DNA of 64,000 nucleotides from an uncultured Burkholderiaceae bacterium (GTDB lineage Bacteria; Pseudomonadota; Gammaproteobacteria; Burkholderiales; Burkholderiaceae): NCBI GenBank assembly GCA_937862905.1, contig CALMCL010000114.1, positions 5,821 to 69,820 of the forward strand, read 5' to 3'. Shown piece by piece: positions 1 to 9,160 of this stretch (position 1 is its first letter; each line of letters starts with the position of its first letter). The notes under the pieces were generated by a model. It saw only the letters and a program-made list of their open reading frames with translations, ran no database searches and was not told where the DNA came from. The position numbers and the translations under genes were made by a program.

Positions 1-1
1 G

Positions 2-1186
2 AGTCGTACCGCAGCAGAGATTGAACGATATAGAAAGACCTGTGGTGAGATCGGAGGGGTTGCCATCTCGCACCCCATCGAGGTCATTGTTAAAACACAT
101 GGTGTTGAGAAAGACAGTAATTTCTTTTTACCCGTTTTGAAAAATGAAGATGTAAGCGTATTTGAGCTTATTAAAATGGAGATTACACCAGTCAGTAAAT
201 TAGGTATAGACAGCCCAGAGTTGATTAATTTATTGAATGCTTTACCCAGTTCGGCATTGTACGGTGTACAGCGGCTGGTTTCCCATTTCAGAAAATCATC
301 CACCGATGTGGCTTTTATATGGCAAGATGGTGCCGTTATTTTTGCTGCTTTAGCCGCCTTGATTGCAGGCGTTCCTAAAATTGTTCTTAATATTCGCGGT
401 TTGCCGCCAAGCTTAAGGACTCATTTGCTGAGACCTGAGTATGAGCCTATGTACCGTGCTTTATCTAAAGTGCCAGGTGTTTCGTTTGTGAGTAATAGCA
501 AAGCAGCGGCAGTTGCTTATGCGGATTGGCTCGATATTCCAGTTGAGCGGTTTGAGGTTGTTTATAATGGTGTGCCCAAAATGCCGACAATCGATTCGGT
601 TGATGAAGGTAAAATTTGGGATGATTTTGCTGAAAGAACCAAAAACGCTACATCAACTGTCGGGGGGGTGTTTCGTTTTGATACGGATAAACGCCCTATT
701 TTGGTGATTCAATACGTGAGAGAGTACTTAAATATTAACCCAGATGCACGGTTTGTTTTTGTTGGTTATGGGCGTCTTTTTGATAAGTGTGTTGATATTG
801 CTAAAAAACTCAAAGTTAGTGATCGAATTTTATTTGTAGGTAAGAGTTCAAATGTCGGTTATTGGATATCAAAGATGGAGGCCTTAATTTTGATGTCGAG
901 GTTTGAAGGTTTACCAAATGTGCTGATAGAAGCTCAGCACTTAGGTGTTCCTGTCGTATCAACCCCTGCGGGCGGGGCGATTGAGTGTTTTCAAAATGGG
1001 AAAACAGGTTTTATTTTGTCCTCTGTGGAGGAGCCTGATTTGGTTGAGGCCGCGCATAAAACTGAAGAGTTTATTCAACGCTTCAGAGAAAATAAAGAAT
1101 TATCTTTGGAGAGTATGTCATATGCCGAAAATAATTTTTCAATTCCAAAGATGATTGAAAAAACTGTTCGTACACTTTCAAGTTGA
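2..1186 (+). CDS. tviE: Vi polysaccharide biosynthesis glycosyltransferase TviE (GT4/GT-B), 5'-truncated by the window edge
   Basis: The frame is open from base 2, upstream of the 137 start in the track. Motifs WQDGA..AALAALIAGVP, RGLPP..R..L.RPEYEP.Y.AL, GGVFRF and SRFEGLPNVLIEAQ..GVPVVSTPAGG match Salmonella TviE as I recall it. It lies directly upstream of a vexA-E-like export operon. Confidence 0.88.
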   Translation, partial: SRTAAEIERYRKTCGEIGGVAISHPIEVIVKTHGVEKDSNFFLPVLKNEDVSVFELIKMEITPVSKLGIDSPELINLLNALPSSALYGVQRLVSHFRKSSTDVAFIWQDGAVIFAALAALIAGVPKIVLNIRGLPPSLRTHLLRPEYEPMYRALSKVPGVSFVSNSKAAAVAYADWLDIPVERFEVVYNGVPKMPTIDSVDEGKIWDDFAERTKNATSTVGGVFRFDTDKRPILVIQYVREYLNINPDARFVFVGYGRLFDKCVDIAKKLKVSDRILFVGKSSNVGYWISKMEALILMSRFEGLPNVLIEAQHLGVPVVSTPAGGAIECFQNGKTGFILSSVEEPDLVEAAHKTEEFIQRFRENKELSLESMSYAENNFSIPKMIEKTVRTLSS

Positions 1187-1383
1187 AGAGCGCTCATAAT
1201 TGTGAGTAATGATGTTTTTTATTGCTAGAATGCTTTTAAACCATCACAAGAATGTTCACTTTGAGCTTATTGCTTTTAAGGTTTTTTAGTGGAAAGTTCA
1301 CGCAAAGCCTAAAATAGCTCAAAAATACCAATTAAAACATTGAATTGCTGATGAGTTTCAGTATTGAAAATAAGGGAGGCACG

Positions 1384-2493
1384 GTGCTTAATAAAAAAAA
1401 ATATTTATTGTTATTTCTTGTGGTTGGCATGTTGATGGGGTGTGTTTCAAGAAATGGGCCTTCTTTTAGTGACTTGCATGACGCTCAGCAATCGAATCCT
1501 GGGCTGATTGTACTTCCAATTAACTCAAATGTTGTTGGTTCTAGGCTCGTTGAGTCGCCATTCAATAATGTGTCTGACTTCCTGACTCGCTCATTCCCTG
1601 GTTCAGTTAAGCTGGGGGTCGGTGACAAGATAAATATTTATGTTTGGGAAAGTGCTTCGCTTGGATTGTTTACGAATGCTCAAAAAGGCGTGGCTGATCT
1701 TGGCGTTTTTCAAATTGCGGATAATGGTTATATTACCGTCCCATACGTTGGCTCTGTTTTGGCCAAAGGGAATACCATTGAAGGTGTGCGTGCAATAATT
1801 GTTAGTCGTTTGAGTCGCAAAACAATTGACCCTCAAGTAGAGGTCAAGTTGACTCAGGGCATGGAGTCTAAAGTTAATATTTTAGGGGTGGTTAATAAAC
1901 CTGGTGTTTATACCCTTAATTCTGGTTTAACAACGTTGCGTGCCTTGATTGCGGCTGCTGGGGGGGTATCAACGGGCTTAACTGACTTTACGGGCATTAC
2001 CTTTAGCCGTGACTCGCGTACCGTTGATTTTACGCTTCAAGATTTATTGGCAGGTGTTGTTCCTGATATTCCGTTGGTGGGAGGCGATCAGATTCAGCTC
2101 GTCGAAAATAGTAAGTCGTTTACAGTTTTGGGGTCAGCTGGCGCTCAAGGTTTGGTTAAGTTTCCTAAAAACAGGGTGTCTTTACTTGAAGCGATTGCCT
2201 TATCTAAAGGCTTGGTTGATGATGTTGCAAACCCTCAAGGGGTTTTCTTGTTACGCAGAGAACGTGCTGATTTTATACGTTCATTGGATAGTTCTTATGC
2301 TTATGCAACACACGATGGAATGGTCGATGTTGTTTATGAGCTGAATATGCGCAGCTCGGAGGCGTTGTTTGCTTCGAAGAAGTTTGAAGTTAAGGATGGG
2401 GACTCCATTTTTATGACAAATTCATATGATGCTGGCATAAAGAAAGCGTTGAGTGTGTTGCTTCCATTTGCGACTGCCGTGTCTCGGTTTTAA
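1384..2493 (+). CDS. vexA: Capsule export outer-membrane lipoprotein (Wza/KpsD-like), VexA
   Basis: Likely GTG start at 1384 after RBS AAGGGAGG. Lipobox LMGC, poly_export motif (LGVGDKINIYVWE, G.ITVPYVG.V.AKG.T) and SLBB repeats. Confidence 0.85.
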   Translation: MLNKKKYLLLFLVVGMLMGCVSRNGPSFSDLHDAQQSNPGLIVLPINSNVVGSRLVESPFNNVSDFLTRSFPGSVKLGVGDKINIYVWESASLGLFTNAQKGVADLGVFQIADNGYITVPYVGSVLAKGNTIEGVRAIIVSRLSRKTIDPQVEVKLTQGMESKVNILGVVNKPGVYTLNSGLTTLRALIAAAGGVSTGLTDFTGITFSRDSRTVDFTLQDLLAGVVPDIPLVGGDQIQLVENSKSFTVLGSAGAQGLVKFPKNRVSLLEAIALSKGLVDDVANPQGVFLLRRERADFIRSLDSSYAYATHDGMVDVVYELNMRSSEALFASKKFEVKDGDSIFMTNSYDAGIKKALSVLLPFATAVSRF

Positions 2494-2518
2494 TAGAGTA
2501 TTTTTAAAATGATGGGAA

Positions 2519-3277
2519 TTGGATATGCTTGCTGTTATTGGGGCGTTAATTGTCCGTGATTTGAAGTCTCGCTTTTCAGGTGATTTGCTGGGCTACAGTT
2601 GGGCGTTGTTAACGCCGCTGGCTTGGGTTTTTGCGATTGTTGCTTCGTTTGTAATAATTGGAAGGCAAACACCGATTAGCACAGATGCCATATCATTTGT
2701 TGTTGCGGGAATTTTGCCTTATATTGTTTTTCGTTATACGATTACATCTATGATGAAAGCTTATAAAATTAATCGTTTCATTTTGCATATCGATAATGTT
2801 GGTGTTGGTGAAATTATGTTTGCAGCATCATTGGTCGAGTTGATGAATGGGGCTGCTGTTTATATGGTCATTACGCTTTTAAATTATTTAACATTTGGAT
2901 ATGTTGAAATGAATGTTTTTTTTGTCGTTTTGTATGGTTATATCTTGGCTTGGTTGAGTGGCGCTTCATTAGGGTACTTCTTCGCTCAACTTTCCAATTT
3001 GAGTGAGACTGTCGTTAGGGTCCTCCCCGTTATAATGAGACCAATGTTTTGGATTTCAGGTATCTTTTATACGGCGAATGAGGTTCCAGATTCAATGATG
3101 AAGTATTTGAGCTATAACCCTCTTTTTCAAGCCATTGAGATCATTCGAAATGGTATGTTTCTTGGTTATAAATCTAGAATGGCGGATTATCTGTATCCCA
3201 TTATCTTTTCACTTTTTTTCATCGTTGCTGGGTACGTTGTAAGTTCCTTGGTGCTTCGCGGCTCTAAAAAGGTTTAG
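2519..3277 (+). CDS. vexB: Capsule ABC transporter permease (KpsM/VexB)
   Basis: ABC-2 permease: RDLKSRF...LGYSWALLTPL, FWISGIFY, YNPLFQAIEIIR; multiple TM segments. Confidence 0.88.
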   Translation: MDMLAVIGALIVRDLKSRFSGDLLGYSWALLTPLAWVFAIVASFVIIGRQTPISTDAISFVVAGILPYIVFRYTITSMMKAYKINRFILHIDNVGVGEIMFAASLVELMNGAAVYMVITLLNYLTFGYVEMNVFFVVLYGYILAWLSGASLGYFFAQLSNLSETVVRVLPVIMRPMFWISGIFYTANEVPDSMMKYLSYNPLFQAIEIIRNGMFLGYKSRMADYLYPIIFSLFFIVAGYVVSSLVLRGSKKV

Positions 3278-3278
3278 C

Positions 3279-3929
3279 ATGATAGGTTTCCTTGATGCAT
3301 CAAAGAGCTTTGTCTCTCAAGAGGGGGTGCAAATTGTATTGCACAAAACCTCTTTTTTGATTCCTGAGAAAGCAAGAGTGGGGGTCTTGGGGAAGGCTGG
3401 GACAGGTAAAACCACAATAGTTAAGTTACTCGCTGGTATGGATAGCTTGGATTGTGGGCATTTGCTTAAAGGAGGCTCAATTTCTTGGCCTCTTGGTTTT
3501 ACAGGAATGTTCCATCCATCCTTGAGTGCTGATTCTAATATTCGTACTCTTGCTGCATTATGCCAGTTAGATTCAGACAGTTTAAGTGTATTTTGCCAAA
3601 GCTTTGCCGAGCTCGGTAGCGAATATTTTTTGCCGATCAGCACTTATTCTTCGGGTATGAAGGCTAGGCTGGGGTTTGCTTTAAGTGTTGCCGTGAGCTC
3701 TGATTTTTATCTGGCGGATGAAGTTTTCGCTGTTGGTGAAGAAAAATTCCGTATGAAGTGTGAGGTGGCGTTGGAGGGGCGCCTTGAAAAATCAGGGTTT
3801 ATCTTTTTTTCTAGAAATCCGCGTTTAACACAGAAAATGTGTGATTATCATGCGGTATTAATTAATGGGCAGATCGTTTACTGCGATAGTCATGATGACG
3901 CAGTTAGGTTGTTTGAACGAAGTGAGTAA
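3279..3929 (+). CDS. vexC: Capsule ABC transporter ATP-binding protein (KpsT/VexC)
   Basis: Walker A GKAGTGKT, signature YSSGMKARLGFA, Walker B YLADE. Confidence 0.9.
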   Translation: MIGFLDASKSFVSQEGVQIVLHKTSFLIPEKARVGVLGKAGTGKTTIVKLLAGMDSLDCGHLLKGGSISWPLGFTGMFHPSLSADSNIRTLAALCQLDSDSLSVFCQSFAELGSEYFLPISTYSSGMKARLGFALSVAVSSDFYLADEVFAVGEEKFRMKCEVALEGRLEKSGFIFFSRNPRLTQKMCDYHAVLINGQIVYCDSHDDAVRLFERSE

Positions 3930-3943
3930 GGGTTGAAAGTTAT

Positions 3944-5440
3944 ATGGTTGATAGCAATAACGACAAAAGCGGGAACGATGGTTCGAACAATAAACCACCT
4001 ACAAGTCCTAACGAGGCCCGGATTAAGGCGTGGCGCGAGAACCGCTTGAACGCAGCTGAGGCGGAAAAAAAAGCTCGATTAGAAAAGGCGGAGGCTGAAC
4101 GCTTGTTGCGCTTACAGCAAATCGAGGCTGAGCGAGTGGCAAGGCTGGATGCTTTAGAGGCTTCCCGGCAGGAGAGAATCTCACAGGCCGAGCTGGATCG
4201 AGAACTTCGTATTGAAACTGCTAAAAAAGAGCGGCAAGAAACTCTTGATGCTCAAGATAAAGCTGCTCGAGATGAGGCGAGGCGTACGTTGCCGACGGTT
4301 GATGAAATGGATTCGTTGAGGATGTCGCTCATCGAGCAAAGACGGTCTGATAAACAAAAACTCATTAAAAACTTGCTCTACTGGGTCGGCTTGCCAACGT
4401 TGATTGTCTCTGCGTATTTGATTTTTTTTACAACTCGATTGTATGAATCTCAGTCTGTTTTTGCCGTGCAAACCAATCAAGAAGGTAGGGCGACTCCTCT
4501 TTCAGGGTTAATCGGAACCTCTTTAGGAGGTAATGCATTGCAGGATGGCTTTATGGCGCGAGAATATATTTTATCTCCTGAAATGATGTCTAAAATGGAA
4601 AAAGAGTCTGGATTTATGACTTATTTCAAAAATAAAGACATGGACTTTTTTACTAAATTGTCCACAAATTCTTTTTTTGGTTTAGATGAATTTGATTACT
4701 ATCAAAAACGGGTTAAAGTTGCTGTTGATGTTCAAGAAGGGGTTTTAAAGATTTATGTTCAGGCTCGCTCTCCCGCTGATGCGGAAATGTTCTCGTCTAA
4801 AATTCTTGGATTCTCAGAGGAGTGGGTGAATCAATTGTCTCAACGCATGAGGGATGAACAGGTTTCTTTGGCGGAGAAGGAGTTGATGACGGCAAAAGGA
4901 GAGCTGGAGTTTGCCAGAAAAAAATTGGTTGATATGCAGATTGATCACAGGGATCTCGATCCTCGTCAAACCATCGCTTCAGTTTACGCTTCGATTAATG
5001 ACCTTGAGGTCAAAATTCGTGAGGCAGATAGACAACGAAGTATTTTTTTGAAGGCAAATGTAAAAGAAGGGCCGATTGTAGAGCGCTTAAATGAACAGCT
5101 TGTTGCTTTGAGGCAGCAGTTAAAAGATGCTAAAACAAAGTTAGTTGGAGGTGGTAAGCAATCTTTGAATCAATCATTATCAGATTTTGAATATGCGTCA
5201 ACTCAAAAAGACCTCGCTCAACAGCGCTGGGCATCTGCTTTAACTGCTTTGGAGTCATCGAAAGCTTTGGCAATACAGCAAAAACGGTATTTTTCCCTCG
5301 TTGTGCCGCCTGCTGCTTCAAGTATTCCTTCAGAACCTAGGCCTTTTAAAACAATTTTGTATGTGCTGATGTCTTTCTTGATCTTGTATGGGCTGTTATC
5401 ATTGTTGCTCCGAGGATTTCGATCTTCAGAGCGGTCTTAA
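3944..5440 (+). CDS. vexD: Capsule export polysaccharide co-polymerase (KpsE-like), VexD
   Basis: Charged N-terminus starting ARIKAWRENR (VexD-like), two TM helices flanking a periplasmic coiled coil, LYESQSVFAV motif. Confidence 0.87.
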   Translation: MVDSNNDKSGNDGSNNKPPTSPNEARIKAWRENRLNAAEAEKKARLEKAEAERLLRLQQIEAERVARLDALEASRQERISQAELDRELRIETAKKERQETLDAQDKAARDEARRTLPTVDEMDSLRMSLIEQRRSDKQKLIKNLLYWVGLPTLIVSAYLIFFTTRLYESQSVFAVQTNQEGRATPLSGLIGTSLGGNALQDGFMAREYILSPEMMSKMEKESGFMTYFKNKDMDFFTKLSTNSFFGLDEFDYYQKRVKVAVDVQEGVLKIYVQARSPADAEMFSSKILGFSEEWVNQLSQRMRDEQVSLAEKELMTAKGELEFARKKLVDMQIDHRDLDPRQTIASVYASINDLEVKIREADRQRSIFLKANVKEGPIVERLNEQLVALRQQLKDAKTKLVGGGKQSLNQSLSDFEYASTQKDLAQQRWASALTALESSKALAIQQKRYFSLVVPPAASSIPSEPRPFKTILYVLMSFLILYGLLSLLLRGFRSSERS

Positions 5441-5443
5441 TGC

Positions 5444-7390
5444 GTGAGGGAAATAATGAGTGAAAAGATGGCCTTGAATGCTTTGGATCAAAAAATATCT
5501 GAAGGTTTGTGGGGTGATGTCATTGACTCAATGACGGAAGTGTTATCGACTCGTAATTTATCGGATGGAGAGAAATTACGTTACGGACTTAGCTTGTTCA
5601 AAACAAATGCTTTTGAAAATGCCGATGCTGTTTTTGAATCTATTGATTATTCTGATAAGTCTATTTGTAAATGGCTTAGGATGTTTGTTATTTCCCCTTT
5701 TATTCGAGAACGTCACTTTGTCGAGGCTGAAACTTTTTTAAATTATATTGTATTGGCAAATCCTGACTCAGCTATTGATTTGGGCTCATTGGGTAGTGTA
5801 CTTGTTAGAGCTGGAAAACGAGAGGAGGGATTGGCTGTTTTAGAGAGAGCCTTGAACTTTGACTCAGCAAATGACCAGGTTGCCTCACAAGTCATTCAAC
5901 TCAATATGCAGTTGGGTAAGGCAAATCGAGCAGATGAAGTTGCCCGCTCATGTGAACATATTTGGGTGAAAAACAAACGATTGTTATCACTGTCTTTGCT
6001 CGCGATGTCTCGGGTGAAAAATTATCAAGGGTGTTTAACATTGTCTGATCTGCTGGATGGTGAGAATGGTAGTGAAGATGTTTTTGCTTTACTGGCTCAA
6101 GTTTTATTTGAGGGTGCGTTTTTCACTAAGGCTCATGCGGTGTGTGAGAAAGCAAAACTTTTGGGGATCGCCAATGCGCGCGTTTTTTTGATTCAAGCTC
6201 AGATTGAACTTGAGTCGGATCAGGATCTCACTCGAGTGCTGAGCTTGTTGAAAGAAAGCTTGAAACTTAATCCAGAGTTGCTACAAGCCAATACATTGAT
6301 GGGCGAATTGTGTTTAAGGACTGGGAATGCTGAGTTAGCAAAAACTCATTTATTGAAAGCTTTAGAGGTTTCTCCAGAGTTGGCGCAGACCCGAGCTCTT
6401 TTGTCTCGGGCGTATAAGTATTTAGGCGATTATACGTCGGCCGCAGAAGAAATGGAGGCTGTTGTCAAGTTAAGGCCAGATTCTGATAAATGGAAGCGTT
6501 ATGCTTCTGCTGCAATGCTTCAAGCTGGGCGAGAGAAGGATGCTTTGGTCTTTTTCGAAGATTCTCTCCGAGCTCGCTCAAAAGGCCTCCCAGAAACCTT
6601 CGCACAAGGCTTAGACGGCTTAAAAGTTAAAGCACAAAATATGAAAATCCTTCAGAGTCGACTGGATTGGCTATGGGCATTTCTGGAGCGCAACACGTCA
6701 AATTTACCTGTTGATCGTGTGATCTGGGAAGATGATGTGAAGTGGGCTCACTTGGCGGATCATTTTTTACTGGATTGGCTGGAGTGTCGCCCTCATCAGT
6801 CTGATGAAGCCATGTCATTTCTTTCAGATATTTCTCAACTGGATGGTTTAGTAAAAAATAACATTGATGGAGGTTTGATCTTTGCATCAGCTCATGTGGG
6901 GTGCTTGTATGCTGGCCCTCTTACCCTGGAGCTGTTGGGTATAGAAAATAAATGGCTGGCATCCACTCCAAGTATCTCAACCATGCCATATACCTCATCT
7001 CTTATTTCGACAAGTGATAAAACTGAGGCGCAGGTTGTTCGGTCTGTTTTGAAAGCATTAAAAAATAAACAAGCAGTTACGATTGCTGTTGATGGTGCGA
7101 TGAGCCCATCGGCGCCAACGGTGGATTTTGAAGGATTGAATGTAACCTACTCTGATTTTGCCGCAAAAATGGTGTATCGATCACATGCAAAATCAATATT
7201 TGTTGTACCTTATTGGTCAAATGGTTTGATTAACTTTTTTACATTTGTGATGCCATCGCCCTTAGATGATGAGAGTGAGGCTGATTTTTGTAATCGCTGG
7301 CGACTTGCCTTTTTTGATAATTTGAAAATTTTTTTACTGGAGCACTCAGAGAATGCTCGCATAAGTGGTGGTATTTGGAGGCGTATTTGA
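5444..7390 (+). CDS. vexE: Vi glycolipid-anchor acyltransferase VexE (N-terminal TPRs plus C-terminal LPLAT domain)
   Basis: TPR-like helical repeats followed by an acyltransferase domain (FASAHVGCLYAGP, VTIAVDG, W.DDV.WAHLADH.LLDWLECR). Last gene of the vexA-E run. Confidence 0.87.
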   Translation: MREIMSEKMALNALDQKISEGLWGDVIDSMTEVLSTRNLSDGEKLRYGLSLFKTNAFENADAVFESIDYSDKSICKWLRMFVISPFIRERHFVEAETFLNYIVLANPDSAIDLGSLGSVLVRAGKREEGLAVLERALNFDSANDQVASQVIQLNMQLGKANRADEVARSCEHIWVKNKRLLSLSLLAMSRVKNYQGCLTLSDLLDGENGSEDVFALLAQVLFEGAFFTKAHAVCEKAKLLGIANARVFLIQAQIELESDQDLTRVLSLLKESLKLNPELLQANTLMGELCLRTGNAELAKTHLLKALEVSPELAQTRALLSRAYKYLGDYTSAAEEMEAVVKLRPDSDKWKRYASAAMLQAGREKDALVFFEDSLRARSKGLPETFAQGLDGLKVKAQNMKILQSRLDWLWAFLERNTSNLPVDRVIWEDDVKWAHLADHFLLDWLECRPHQSDEAMSFLSDISQLDGLVKNNIDGGLIFASAHVGCLYAGPLTLELLGIENKWLASTPSISTMPYTSSLISTSDKTEAQVVRSVLKALKNKQAVTIAVDGAMSPSAPTVDFEGLNVTYSDFAAKMVYRSHAKSIFVVPYWSNGLINFFTFVMPSPLDDESEADFCNRWRLAFFDNLKIFLLEHSENARISGGIWRRI

Positions 7391-7998
7391 GTGTTGTGTA
7401 GTGACATTAATGTTTAGGCTGTGCAAATAAGGGACATGTGCGTTTATTTATAGTTAGCCATGTGGTATTTCTAGGCTTATCTTGCGGCTGATTCTCGCGC
7501 GCAATGCAACATTAATGTAGCTCATCTTAAACTTTAACCACAAAGTCATATGACACAGCAATAAATAGCATTGGTCAACTCTTCAATTCGTTCTTTCGAG
7601 GCTGGCAACCTAATCAATAGCAAGCCGGAAAGCGTCTAAAACGGCAAAGCGTTTAAGCAACGGCAGACGACTAAAAGTAAAAAGTGGAGGTTATTGCATA
7701 TGCGCCACCGCTGTAGCACCATCGGCTTTAGCCCTTTGATGTTGGAGCAAAAGCATGAGGGAGCTCTAAAGAGATGGCTTTTTGCATTAATTTCATTATA
7801 TTTTGGCAAATATCGTGCAAGTGGCTTCGAGAGGGTGGCTTGCATGTTTCTGGCTGATACCAGTTCGTAATGTGCTGTGTTTTACTTTCAATCGCGAGTT
7901 GGCATACAAAGTGAAACACTTTAACTCACATTTGTCTAATTCTTAGTTTGTTCGTATTTCACTTCTCGGTTGAATCTGTTTTTTTAAAAAGACATGCA

Positions 7999-9066
7999 AT
8001 GAAAAAAATATGTATTTTTTTTGTGTTGTTGCTCAATACTTCATTATTGATGGCAGCTTCTTTTGTTGTCACAAATGTCGCTGATTATGGACGAAATGAA
8101 ATCCCCATTCAGGGCTCTTTGCGTTATTTTATTGAAAATGCAAAAAATGGTGCTTACATTACTTTCAATCCATCTGTTTTTACGAGCTCGGGGGGCGTGA
8201 TTTTTTTAAAAAGACCTTTAGTGGTTGGGTCTGATGTTCATATTGATGGCATAGGAGCTAATGTTGTTATCAGTAGTCAAGTGAGTTGGCAGGATTTTGA
8301 ACTTTCATCTTCTGGAGCGGAGTGTCTAAGGAAAGCTGGTGTTTTGTCACAAGATAAGAATGATTTCTCAAAAATCTATATTAGAGGGAAAGCAAATAAT
8401 GTCTCTGTTGTTAATTTAACGTTTTCGAATGATTTTGGCCATCCACCTGCTTGGTGGACTGAGAGAGTGCAAGATGATTGTTTAAAGGATAGTATTACCG
8501 TAATAGAGTACGCTGATAATGTTTTAATTGGTCATAACCGATTTTTGAATTGTGGGGATGAGTGTGTTTCAGTCATACAAACAGATTTAGATGCGCCAAA
8601 AAATGTGGTTATTGAAAATAATATATTTAGTAAGGTTAATAAATCGATTCTGATTAAAGGAAGCTTTAATGGGCTTGAGTCAAGCTTGGAGCCAACTATA
8701 AAAGTTAAAGTATTGAATAATTTTTTTGATGAAACTCAGCAACGAAACCCTAGGGTGCAAGATGCGTTTGTTGAAATATTAGGAAATGTTGTTTATAAAT
8801 GGAAAACCTCAGGTATGGCATTTTCAGGTCGTAATAAATTGATAATAAATAACAACCACTTTATTAAAGGAAGTGATTCTGATGCCCTGTTGTTTCTTAA
8901 TAATACAAAAGAAGAGCTGCAATCTTATCGCGGTAATGTGTTTGTTGGAGACGGCGTGAAAAGGCCCGCCGCTGAGTCTGACTATTCAAATAGAGTAGAA
9001 AAAAGACTTTTACCTGAGGATGTTTTGGATATTGAGGCTGTAAGAAAAATGGCGGGACCACGTTGA
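7999..9066 (+). CDS. vexL: Secreted PL1 (pectate-lyase-fold) polysaccharide lyase, probable Vi-antigen lyase VexL
   Basis: ATG at 7999 gives a signal peptide (MKKICIFFVLLLNTSLLMA/ASF). PL1 beta-helix hallmarks: VVTN.AD.G..GSLRY, PL.VGS...IDG.G, DSITV, GDE.VSV, QRNPRV. Downstream of vexE. Confidence 0.75.
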   Translation: MKKICIFFVLLLNTSLLMAASFVVTNVADYGRNEIPIQGSLRYFIENAKNGAYITFNPSVFTSSGGVIFLKRPLVVGSDVHIDGIGANVVISSQVSWQDFELSSSGAECLRKAGVLSQDKNDFSKIYIRGKANNVSVVNLTFSNDFGHPPAWWTERVQDDCLKDSITVIEYADNVLIGHNRFLNCGDECVSVIQTDLDAPKNVVIENNIFSKVNKSILIKGSFNGLESSLEPTIKVKVLNNFFDETQQRNPRVQDAFVEILGNVVYKWKTSGMAFSGRNKLIINNNHFIKGSDSDALLFLNNTKEELQSYRGNVFVGDGVKRPAAESDYSNRVEKRLLPEDVLDIEAVRKMAGPR

Positions 9067-9160
9067 GACTTTGATAGTGATATTCGATTCTTTAATGTCA
9101 GTTTTATGCCGATTCACTATTCAAAATTGATGCGCTTAAGAGGGGTAAAGTAAAATTGCT

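Noticed and set aside
3944-4370. Long charged N-terminus of the KpsE-like protein as a novel fusion
   Set aside because: A charged cytoplasmic N-terminal region starting RIK.W...R is a feature of VexD as I recall it, so it supports the VexD call rather than novelty.
7636-7919. Short minus-strand ORFs (69 and 63 aa) in the vexE-vexL gap as real genes
   Set aside because: No RBS, no recognisable domain, and they overlap in different frames; kept only as a weak remnant signal.
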